This document shows, piece after piece, positions 1 through 7,670 of a DNA stretch of 16,595 bases. Positions within the stretch are counted from its first letter, which is position 1. Each line of letters begins with the position of its first letter. A program made the position numbers and the translations under genes. Origin of the DNA: a virus; IMG/VR virus record IMGVR_UViG_3300045988_078457, positions 1 through 16,595 of that record. The stretch is one strand, 5' to 3'. The notes under the pieces were generated by a model that saw nothing but the letters and a program-made list of their open reading frames with translations, searched no databases and was not told the DNA's origin.

Positions 1-58
1 AATGTATTATCTTTGTAGTACAATAATAAACAAGTATTAACTTATAAATAATAAAATT

Positions 59-298
59 ATGAAAAAAATAAATAAAATTTTAGTTGGCCTTTTAATTGTA
101 TCTTCAATTGTTGCAGGTTTTAGAGTAAATGAAGTCTATCAGGAAAGGCAACATAAAACATTTGAATTAAGATTAGAAAGAGCAGAATTAAAACATAAAT
201 TAGATTCAGTAATGTGGGTTAATCCAGCAAGTGAAGAAGTATCTAATTTATATGAAGAATATTGTGATTTAACACTTAAAATTAATAATATAAAATAA
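59..298 (+). CDS. Small N-terminally membrane-anchored protein with a charged helical C-terminal part (79 aa), function unknown
   Basis: Track ORF. The hydrophobic stretch ILVGLLIVSSIVAGF follows MKKINK and is followed by a charged helical segment (ERQHKTFELRLERAELKHKL). TAA stop at 296-298 overlaps the next ATG (TAATG). Confidence 0.5.
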   Translation: MKKINKILVGLLIVSSIVAGFRVNEVYQERQHKTFELRLERAELKHKLDSVMWVNPASEEVSNLYEEYCDLTLKINNIK

Positions 299-732
299 TG
301 AAAACAGATATAAGAAGCTTAGTCTTTACAAAGAATCTATTTAAAGAGAAATTTAATATAGACATAGAATGATGTAAAGACGATTACTCCAGATATGATG
401 GAACATTTAATTGGAATGGAATTGATTATATAATTGAAGTTAAAAGGAGGAGATTTAATTCTAATAAATACCCAACCACTATTATTAATAGGGATAAATT
501 TGATATGCTATCAAGAAATAATTCTATATTAGTAATAATATTTGATGATGGAGTATATATATTTAAAGATATAAAACAAGCCTTTATAAAGGATTCTATG
601 AAATATGGTTGTTCTACAACAGATTTTGGAGGAACTTATGGCTATTCATTAAAAACAGAGTTATCTTTAAAGAAAGCCATTAAGATAGATGTAAATACAG
701 AATTTAGTAATTATATAGCAAATGACGAATAA
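298..732 (+). CDS. PD-(D/E)XK-fold nuclease candidate (144 aa); one in-frame TGA read as Trp
   Basis: ATG at 298 is in the same frame as track ORF 505..732. The only interruption is TGA at 370-372 (..NIDIEWCKDD..). YDG...IDYIIEVKRR resembles the D...(D/E)xK catalytic core. TAA stop at 730-732. The CDS call is firmer than the function call. Confidence 0.55.
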
Positions 733-1030
733 TGAGATTATTACCAAATACTATGACTTCTGTCAAGAGTTAAAACTTAAATTTGGAATGGATGATGATT
801 GTTTCCAGATGTGTATACTAGACCTTCTGGAAACATCAAATCCAAAATTAAATCAGCTTGATAGCAAAAATGAATTGAAATTTTGGATTACAAGATTATT
901 TAAGAATTATTGGTTTAGTAAAACAAGTAGATATTACTATACCTATAAGAAATATTATGAGATTGTTAAAGAACCACTTGAACAACAAAATGACGAATTG
1001 GAGGATTGATTAAATGAAACGGAAGATTAA
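722..1030 (+). CDS. Sigma-70 region-2-like protein (N-terminal half of a sigma factor); 3' end ambiguous (1009 if TGA stops, 1030 if TGA=Trp)
   Basis: Track ORF 722..1009. CFQMCILDLLE ... ELKFWITRLFKNYWFSK resembles sigma-70/ECF region 2 helices. Reading TGA 1007-1009 as Trp adds WLNETED and ends at TAA 1028-1030. Confidence 0.45.
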
Positions 1031-1259
1031 TATTGACGATTTACTTACTGAGTATGAAATAGACTATAGTATGTTTACAAATATGGATGATAGATTATTA
1101 AGTATATATCCAAAATGGCTTGAGCTTAATAAGGCAGATAAGACAGTAATCATATTATATGCTGAATATCGCAGTTATAGAGAAGTTGGAAGAATATTGG
1201 GAATTAGTCATACTACAATTCAAAGATTTATTAAACAAATAAGAGAGAGATTATGTTAG
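1014..1259 (+). CDS. Sigma-70 region-4-like helix-turn-helix protein (81 aa)
   Basis: ..VIILYAEYRSYREVGRILGISHTTIQRFIKQIRERL is a typical region-4 HTH. An in-frame TAA at 1011-1013 directly precedes the ATG, so there is no 5' extension. TAG stop at 1257-1259. Confidence 0.5.
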   Translation: MKRKINIDDLLTEYEIDYSMFTNMDDRLLSIYPKWLELNKADKTVIILYAEYRSYREVGRILGISHTTIQRFIKQIRERLC

Positions 1260-1582
1260 AATTATTTATAATAGCAATAATAATAGTCTTTATAATTGAT
1301 TTATCTGGCGCTTTAGATAGTTTTAAACATAGTATTTGAAAAAGACTATTTAAAGGTATGCCTTATAAAGAAGATTGAAGACTAAAACCTTTAGATTGCA
1401 GTTTATGTATGACTTGGTGAATTGGATTACTATATATTCTTATTACAAGTCAATTTTCAATTTTAATGGTTGGATATATTGCACTATTAGCATTTATGAC
1501 TCCAATTATTAAAGATATTATGATATTATTAAAAGATGCATCTACTAAACTAATAGATGTTATATACAAACTTATTAATTAA
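1253..1582 (+). CDS. Two-TM membrane protein (109 aa) with a CxxC-x-WW motif (DUF1360-like); three in-frame TGA
   Basis: Absent from the track. Hand translation gives MLELFIIAIIIVFIIDLSGALDSFKHSIWKRLFKGMPYKEDWRLKPLDCSLCMTWWIGLLYILITSQFSILMVGYIALLAFMTPIIKDIMILLKDASTKLIDVIYKLIN. TGA at 1337, 1376 and 1418; TAA stop at 1580-1582. The sequence has two clear hydrophobic helices. Confidence 0.6.
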
Positions 1583-1671
1583 AAATTATATTTTATGGAA
1601 ACAGAAATTATTTATCACTACAAGAATGGAAAGTTAATTTCTATATTTACTTATACTAAAAAGCGCTAATT

Positions 1672-2007
1672 ATGAAACAATTAACAGAAGAGCAGTTTAA
1701 ATATTTAAGAGGATTTGAAGATAGATTTGTAACTGCAACTAAGTCTAATTATTGCAGAAATGTACAAAAGCAGGATGTAATTAAACTTAAAGAGATTTAT
1801 GAATATTTAATTGAACAAGAATATAGAATGAGCGTAGCTTGTGCTACTTGTATACTTAATCTTATAAAGAGGATTGCCCCAATCTATTTTGAATATCAAG
1901 AAAAACTAAAGGAAAATGAAAGTAAAGAATCAAGAACTGCCGAAGAAAACAGGGAGACCAAGAAAGGAAGAGGTAAAAGAGAATCAAATAGACGAACAAA
2001 AAACTAA
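1672..2007 (+). CDS. Hypothetical protein (111 aa) upstream of the terminase genes
   Basis: Track ORF with a TAA stop. The Lys/Glu/Arg-rich tail (from about 1916) overlaps the terS candidate in another frame, so the true 3' portion is uncertain. Confidence 0.4.
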   Translation: MKQLTEEQFKYLRGFEDRFVTATKSNYCRNVQKQDVIKLKEIYEYLIEQEYRMSVACATCILNLIKRIAPIYFEYQEKLKENESKESRTAEENRETKKGRGKRESNRRTKN

Positions 2008-2368
2008 ATATCTTTATGCAGCAAGATTATTTAATAAAGGATGATCTAGAAATAAAGTAAGCGAAGAACTTCAAACTAAATATGGAGTTGGGCAAACTAC
2101 TGCTGCTAAATATATTAGAGAAGCTTATAAGATTATTGCAGATAAAAACGATAATCTTATAAAGAATTTAAGACATATACAATTAACAAGATTGGAAACA
2201 TTGTTGGATATTGCTATTAGTAAAAATGATGTAAGATCTGCTACTGAGGTTATTAAAACAATAAATTCTATGTTTGGATTAAATCAACCAGAAATTCAAG
2301 TTAATATTCAAAATAATGAATGCCAATTTAAATTTGGAGATCCCATTATAAATGACAAGGATATATAA
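1916..2368 (+). CDS. terS: Terminase small subunit candidate (150 aa); one in-frame TGA
   Basis: ATG at 1916 is preceded by an in-frame TAA at 1907-1909. TGA at 2042-2044 reads ..FNKGWSRNK... A basic GRPRK N-terminus is followed by the HTH-like VSEELQTKYGVGQTTAAKYIREAY. It ends at TAA 2366-2368 and overlaps the terL start by 17 nt, the classic position 5' of terL. Confidence 0.55.
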
Positions 2369-3599
2369 AGGATATAGGCCATTTATGTACCAATATAAGG
2401 TTCATATAGCTATGGCAGATGCTTATAGATCTGGAAGGATATTTACAATTAAAGCTAAACGACAAGTAGGTAAATCTTTCTTAGCTGAAAATGAATTATT
2501 ACGATTTGCAATTAACTATCCAAAAACAGTCAATTGTATAGTAGAACCTACTCTTGGGCAATCAAGAAAAGTGTTTAAAGAAATAGTTAATGCTATAGCT
2601 GAAGCAGATATTCTTAAACGTAAGAATGAAACTTTGCTTGAATTAGAGTTTAATAATGGCAGTTCTATATTATTTAGATCTGGAGAACAAATGGATTCGT
2701 TACGAGGATTCTCTGTAAGTGGATTACTTGTATTAGATGAGGCTGCTTACTTAAAAGATGAAGTATTTGAAATTATTAAACCTACTACTGATGTGTGGTC
2801 TGCTCCAATATTAATTATTAGTACTCCAAGGTTCCGAGAGGGTTTCTTTTATGACTGCTTTACTAAAGGGTTAGATCCGAAATATGACAAGTTCTATAAA
2901 TCATTTGATTGAGCTTTAGAAGATACATCTATGCTTTTAGATAAAGAGAAGTTAGAGATGTATCGACTTACAACCTCAAAAAATAAATTTAGAACCGAAT
3001 ATTTAGGGGAATTTGCAGATGATGATGGATGTTTATTTAATAATATAGCTAATTGCATAATTGAGAAAAAACCAGATTATCAGAGTCTTTATATAGGAAT
3101 AGACTGGGCTACTGGAAGTGGTAAAGACTATACTTGTGTTACTGCTTTAAATGAATCTGGGCAAATGGTCTTTATAAAGTATTTTAACGATAAAACTCCA
3201 ACAGAGCAAGTTGATTTATTAACAAATATACTAACTGAGTATCAAGGATTTATAAAGATTGTACAAGTTGAACAAAACTCAATTGGTAGTGTCTTCTATG
3301 ATATGTTAGTTCGGAAGAATCCGAAAATCAGGATTATACGATTCTTAACTACTAATAAGAGTAAGGCAGATATAGTTAATAAGCTTCAAGCTGCTTTGGA
3401 GAATGAAAAGATAGGATTATTAAAAGATGATAAACTTTTAAATGAGTTAAGACTATATGAAGCTTCATATAATCCAAAAACTGGAAATATTAGTTATAAT
3501 GCTCCATCTGGATTTAATGATGATACAGTAATTTCATTAATGCTAGCCTATGACTCATTAAATACAAACAAAGGACATTATAATATTAAAATTAAATAG
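2352..3599 (+). CDS. terL: Terminase large subunit (415 aa); one in-frame TGA
   Basis: Track ORFs 2352..2912 and 2931..3599 share a frame and are joined through TGA 2910-2912 (..KSFDWALEDTSM..). Walker A-like AKRQVGKS, Walker B LLVLDEAAY, and nuclease-domain acidic motifs IGIDWATGSGKDYT and FNDDTVISLMLAY. TAG stop at 3597-3599. Confidence 0.9.
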
Positions 3600-3600
3600 T

Positions 3601-4260
3601 ATGAATGTAGCAACTAAATGGGAAGAAGTATCTTTAAAGAAATTTCAAGCTTTAAATGCATTTATTATGAGTGATGCAAAAATGACAGATTTAGATAGGA
3701 GTATTGAGATCTATGCATTACTTACAGATAACCCAGATGAAGCAAGGGATTCTTTATTAAATATGACTGTAGATCAATTATCTGCAGAACTTAGTAAAAT
3801 TCATTTTATTGTAAATAAATATAAATCTAAAGTTCCAGAAACTGAGTATGATATTGATGGTAATAAATATACAGTTCAATTAAATCTCAGAAATATGACT
3901 GCTGCTCAGTATATTGATTTTCAGAACTTTTATAAAGATTATGAAAAGAATCAGAAGTATATATTTTTATGCTTTTTAATTCCTAAAGGAAAGAAGTATA
4001 ATGAGGGCTATGATGTAATGGAATTAGCAGATGAATTATATGATAAAATTCCAATTACTATTGTTACAGATATTATGGTTTTTTTTTGCAAATTATTAGA
4101 GAGCTTAACCATAGCTACCCTAATCTCTTCAATGCGGGAGATGAAGAAATTGATGAAAAAGGAGAAAGATCCAGTAAAGAAATATCAATTACGGAAGAGG
4201 ATAGTTCAAGCGAGACAAACTCTGAATTTAGTCAAAAATGGAACTGGATTTGTTGAATAG
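3601..4260 (+). CDS. Tail assembly chaperone, G-like product (219 aa)
   Basis: Track ORF. The N-terminus KWEEVSLKKFQALNAFI.. and the NMTAAQYIDFQNF segment resemble phage TAC families. A -1 frame stays open across its 3' end. TAG stop at 4258-4260. Confidence 0.5.
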   Translation: MNVATKWEEVSLKKFQALNAFIMSDAKMTDLDRSIEIYALLTDNPDEARDSLLNMTVDQLSAELSKIHFIVNKYKSKVPETEYDIDGNKYTVQLNLRNMTAAQYIDFQNFYKDYEKNQKYIFLCFLIPKGKKYNEGYDVMELADELYDKIPITIVTDIMVFFCKLLESLTIATLISSMREMKKLMKKEKDPVKKYQLRKRIVQARQTLNLVKNGTGFVE

Positions 4261-4403
4261 ACAGAGTTAGTGAAGTAACAAGGTTAAACTGGCATCAAGT
4301 ATACGATATGCAAATTCAAGAGTTCTTGAATATTATTTGCTACTTACTTGATAAAGGAAAGGAAGAAAAAAGACAAATAGATCTTTGAAAAGCTAAACAC
4401 TAA
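3601..4403 (+). CDS. Putative -1 frameshift (GT-like) product of the tail assembly chaperone, about 267 aa
   Basis: The -1 frame is open from 4047 to TAA 4401-4403 if TGA 4254 and 4386 are read as Trp. It encodes an acidic linker plus ..SQKWNWICWIDRVSEVTRLNWHQVYDMQIQEFLNIICYLLDKGKEEKRQIDLWKAKH. Candidate slippery sites are a T9 run at 4079-4087 and G-AAA-AAG at 4155-4161. Confidence 0.45.
4079..4087 (+). promoter_or_regulatory. T9 homopolymer: candidate -1 ribosomal slippery site (T TTT TTT in the zero frame gtt ttt ttt tgc)
   Basis: The run of nine T lies inside the window where the 0 and -1 frames are both open (4047-4258). The alternative heptamer G AAA AAG is at 4155-4161. Confidence 0.35.
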
Positions 4404-4436
4404 AATGTCAGGTTTTATTTATTTTAACTACTAAAA

Positions 4437-4455
4437 GTGAGTAAAAAACTTGACA
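4437..4455 (+). promoter_or_regulatory. Conserved intergenic motif, copy 1 (GTGAGTAAAAAACTTGACA)
   Basis: Its last 18 nt are identical to 13456-13473. It matches 13359-13377 at GTGAGTAAAA and TGACA. It contains TTGACA, but no -10-like hexamer follows at 16-18 nt because the hairpin sits there. Confidence 0.5.
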
Positions 4456-4460
4456 CTTAA

Positions 4461-4489
4461 ATAGGGAGTAAATCTCCCTATTTGTGTTT
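4461..4489 (+). terminator. Rho-independent terminator-like hairpin
   Basis: ATAGGGAG (4461-4468), loop TAAAT, CTCCCTAT (4474-4481). The stem is extendable by two A-T pairs and is followed by TTGTGTTT. It lies downstream of the chaperone gene. Confidence 0.5.
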
Positions 4490-4525
4490 AGATACTCAAT
4501 ATGAGAATGATATATTTTAGTAAAA

Positions 4526-5005
4526 ATGGCAAATCAAGTTTTGGATTTTCCCAATTTAGAAGCTGTCTTAAAACAATATGGAGAACAATTACTTTCTATA
4601 TATAGACAGAAATTACTACAAACTGGTTCAGATGATACGGGAACTCTTGGTAATACACTTAATTATATAGTTGAAGATCAAGATGAAGTATATGAAGTTA
4701 GTTTGCAAATACAAGATTATTGGAAGTATGTTGAGGAAGGTAGAAGTGCGGGGAAATTTCCTCCTATTAGTGATATAAAAAGATGGATACAAACTAAACC
4801 TGTATTACCTCGTATATATAACGGATCACTTCCAACTATTGATCAATTAGTATATTTAATAGCAAGAAAGATTTCTAGAAGAGGAATTGAAGGCAAGCAT
4901 CTATTAGAGGAATCATTAACTGAATTAGATGCTTATATGTTATTAGATGATGCAATTACAAAAGATTTAGAAACACAAGTTGATAATGTATTTAAAAACT
5001 TTTAA
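4526..5005 (+). CDS. Virion morphogenesis / head-tail joining protein candidate (HK97 gp10-like), 159 aa
   Basis: Track ORF. YWKYVEEGRSAGKFPPISDIKRWIQTK resembles the gp10-like Y-x-x-x-V-E-x-G core. TAA stop at 5003-5005. The function call is weak. Confidence 0.45.
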   Translation: MANQVLDFPNLEAVLKQYGEQLLSIYRQKLLQTGSDDTGTLGNTLNYIVEDQDEVYEVSLQIQDYWKYVEEGRSAGKFPPISDIKRWIQTKPVLPRIYNGSLPTIDQLVYLIARKISRRGIEGKHLLEESLTELDAYMLLDDAITKDLETQVDNVFKNF

Positions 5006-5007
5006 AA

Positions 5008-7188
5008 ATGGCATTTATACCAAGTAAATTAGGAGTATATAACGCATCAAGGAGTTTTCCTGTTAAATGAAATAATCCTGGATGAGGAATTACTGGAGAA
5101 TATGATTATTGGACTTGGGGAGATGATTATACTGAAGAGGGTCCTTTAAATGTAACTATACAAGATCCAAGTACTTCTGGATGTACAATACAATTTTTAT
5201 CTCCCACAACAATAACTACTGATTCTTCTACTGTATTTCATTTTTATCCTAGAGGTCTTACTACTGCTTTATTAATGGAAGATTTACCAATTAATCTACA
5301 TAGTAAAGCTCCTGGATTCTATCCTGCTAATAGTAGTATTAATGTACCAAATACTGGTGGAGAATATACAGTAGAGTATATATTAAATAGATCAGATATT
5401 ATTAAATGAAATGCAGCAGTTGTTAATGCTACAGCTTTAGTTAATATGGAAGTTCTGGATTGGGATTCTTGCTCTATTAAGTTTAAATTCACAGTAAGAG
5501 CTAATACTCAATGAAATACAGATTTAACTGGAACTATCCAATTAGGAGCTTATTATGACACTAATAAGTTTATTAGTTATAGTTACGGCTTTAAAATTGA
5601 AAAAAGTAATACTCCAGAAGATTTAAAGTTAGTAGTAACTCCTTCATCTGGAACTTATGGAGCATCTGCTTTTGTTACTGAAGAATTCCATTTAAGTACA
5701 ACTAAAGCAGAAGAAACAATTACCTCATTTAATGTTACTTGTCCTCAAGCTAGTAATATTAAAAAGGATATTGTTGATAACTATTTTGTATTAACTGTTC
5801 CAGAGAATAAAACTACTAATAATTTGGAGTTTAGTGCAATGGTTACTGCAACAACTTCTGGGGGTTATAACCTTGAAGCTACAGTTCCAATTAAACAAGC
5901 TGTAACATCTTTAGTGATTCCTAATACTAATTATGAAGTAAGTTGAACTGCATCTACATTAAATATAATGGGTACAGGTTCAAATAACTTAGATGATGTT
6001 GTATTTAGTATTCCTGTAGGTTGGATTAGTGGTCAGAAGTTCTCTGTGAATCCTCAAGGTGTAGCAACTATTAGTTTGAATATTGCAGAAAATTCAGGTT
6101 TATCTTCTAGACAAGCAACTATTGGAGTATCTGTTATAAAGAATAGTTCAAGTATTATTAATTTATCTATTAATATTACACAATCTGTTAAATCAGATAT
6201 TTCTCAAATTTGGAAAGATTATGTTTGGGAAGAGGTGATTAGTTCAGATTTTATTGAATATCATCTAGATTATGCAGGAGATATGGTTTATGCTGGTAAA
6301 GCTTATAAATATCCAGAAACTGATAGAGTAGAGTTTTTATTAAATAATGTTGCTGAAAATTATCTATCTAATGGGATTATATTTAATACATCAAAAACAA
6401 TAGTATCACCAGAATATTTAAAACCATTTACATTAATAACTTCATCTGGAAATGAAAAGCCAATTACTTTTTTCAATGATTGGAGTTATAAAGATAGAGA
6501 TCTAACTAAAGGCACTATGTTAAGTGATCCTATTACTGGTTTAGTTGATCCAAGACAATATTTAGTAGCAAGTTGAATTTTACCAACTGGAACGGGAGTT
6601 GTTAATAGATTTTTTTATGTAGATGGAGCACAAACTGCTATGGATATTAGTTTAAATTCTGGAATTAATGGATATACATATACAGAAGATTTAAGCAATA
6701 AACTATGGCCTTGTGGGAGCTATTTAATAGTAGGATTTGTAGAAGACGGAAATATTAGTGATAGACAGATTAGATATGATATAGATACTACAGGTAAAGA
6801 TTATGTGTTATATTATACTAATTCAGCAGGTGGATGGGATTCATTACTTGTTGAGGGTAATGTTAAAAAGAATGATGAGATTAAATCTGAAACATATACT
6901 CGTAAGGTATTAAATACATCACAAGAGTTTGCAAGAAATAAGTATTTGAATACTATAACTTCAAGCTGGGTTCTTTATACTGGTTATTTAAATGATATTC
7001 AAGCTTCTAAGATGTTTAATTTAATTGAGAGTACCAAAGTATATTTGCATAATCTTAAAGATAATACTATCACTCCAGTATTGATTACAGATACAAATTG
7101 TGAATATAAAACTTATACTAATCAAGGTAAAAACAAGTTCTATTATACAATTAATGTAGAAGCTTCTCAAGATACTTATCGTAAATAA
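5008..7188 (+). CDS. Large tail/baseplate structural protein (726 aa): N-terminal Ig/BACON-like modules plus a C-terminal conserved tail-protein domain; six in-frame TGA
   Basis: ATG at 5008 shares a frame with track ORFs 5968..6576 and 6640..7188. Hand translation of 5008-5967 and 6577-6639 shows only TGA interruptions (5068, 5083, 5407, 5512, 5944, 6574). The BACON-like segment is ..EVSWTASTLNI..IPVGWISGQKFSVNPQGVATISLNIAENSGLSSRQATIGVS..INITQS. TAA stop at 7186-7188. Confidence 0.75.
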
Positions 7189-7190
7189 TT

Positions 7191-7670
7191 ATGGAAGTAT
7201 ATAAAGACATTAAAGGATATGAGGGACTTTACCAGATAAGTAATACTGGTAAAGTCTTCTCTATAAAAAACAATAAAGAACTGAAGAGTGGATATACTCC
7301 AGCTGGATATACAAAAGTTCAATTGTGAAAGAATAAGTCTGGCAAGTGATTCAATATTCATAGATTAGTTGCAGAAGCGTTTATTCCAAACGTAGAAAAC
7401 TTACCACAAGTAAATCATATAAATGAGATAAAGGAGGATAATAGGGTTGATAATTTAGAATGATGTACAGCTCAATATAATGTTACTTATGGAAATAGAT
7501 TAAATAATAATAAAAAACCTGTAATACAGGAAAGCTTAGATGGCACTTTTATAAAGAGATGAAATTCAATTGCTGATACTAAAAAATATGGGTTTGTTCC
7601 CCAAAATATAGGACAGTGTTGTATTGGTAATATTTCACAACATAAAGGATATATTTGAAAATATGCGTAA
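7191..7670 (+). CDS. Free-standing HNH homing endonuclease (NUMOD4 + HNH_3 type), 159 aa; five in-frame TGA and no TGG
   Basis: Hand translation gives [100 protein letters not shown] at 7326, 7347, 7461, 7560 and 7656. The last three sit at Trp positions that are conserved in this family. TAA stop at 7668-7670. Confidence 0.85.

Noticed and set aside
1-58. Possible promoter upstream of the first gene (TTGTAG ... TATTAA).
   Set aside because: In sequence this AT-rich, such near-matches are expected by chance, and the window edge removes the upstream context.
1595-1669. A 24-codon ORF (METEIIYHYKNGKLISIFTYTKKR) lies between the membrane-protein gene and ORF 1672.
   Set aside because: It is too short and featureless to support. 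It may simply be spacer sequence. It is kept only as a note.
1257-4260. TAG (or TAA) might also be reassigned.
   Set aside because: TAG closes the region-4 sigma-like gene (1257-1259), terL (3597-3599) and the chaperone (4258-4260) at sensible positions, each followed directly by the next start or by short out-of-frame sequence. No long ORF requires TAG or TAA readthrough.
4437-4455. Motif copies 1 and 2 might be ordinary sigma-70 promoters because they contain TTGACA / CTGACA.
   Set aside because: At 16-18 nt downstream there is no -10-like hexamer (TCTCCC at 4473-4478, CTGATT at 13395-13400), and a stem-loop occupies that space. Only copy 3 fits a sigma-70 promoter.
7176-7361. Minus-strand track ORFs: 7176..7361, 13000..13248, 14246..14545 and 15212..15412.
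   Set aside because: All lie antisense inside strong + strand genes. Their translations are low-complexity (Ile/Ser/Phe/Asn-rich or Ala/Pro/Gly mirror images of the TMP hydrophobic block), and they have no start context or neighbours on that strand.
7191-7670. TGA could be read as Gly (table 25, Absconditabacteria/Gracilibacteria type) rather than Trp.
   Set aside because: In the HNH endonuclease the TGAs sit at NLE-W, R-W-x-S and I-W-K-Y, which are Trp in the family as I know it. The contexts elsewhere are aromatic/Trp-like (MTW-W-IGL, FD-W-A, KG-W-S). HMM column statistics are still worth running.
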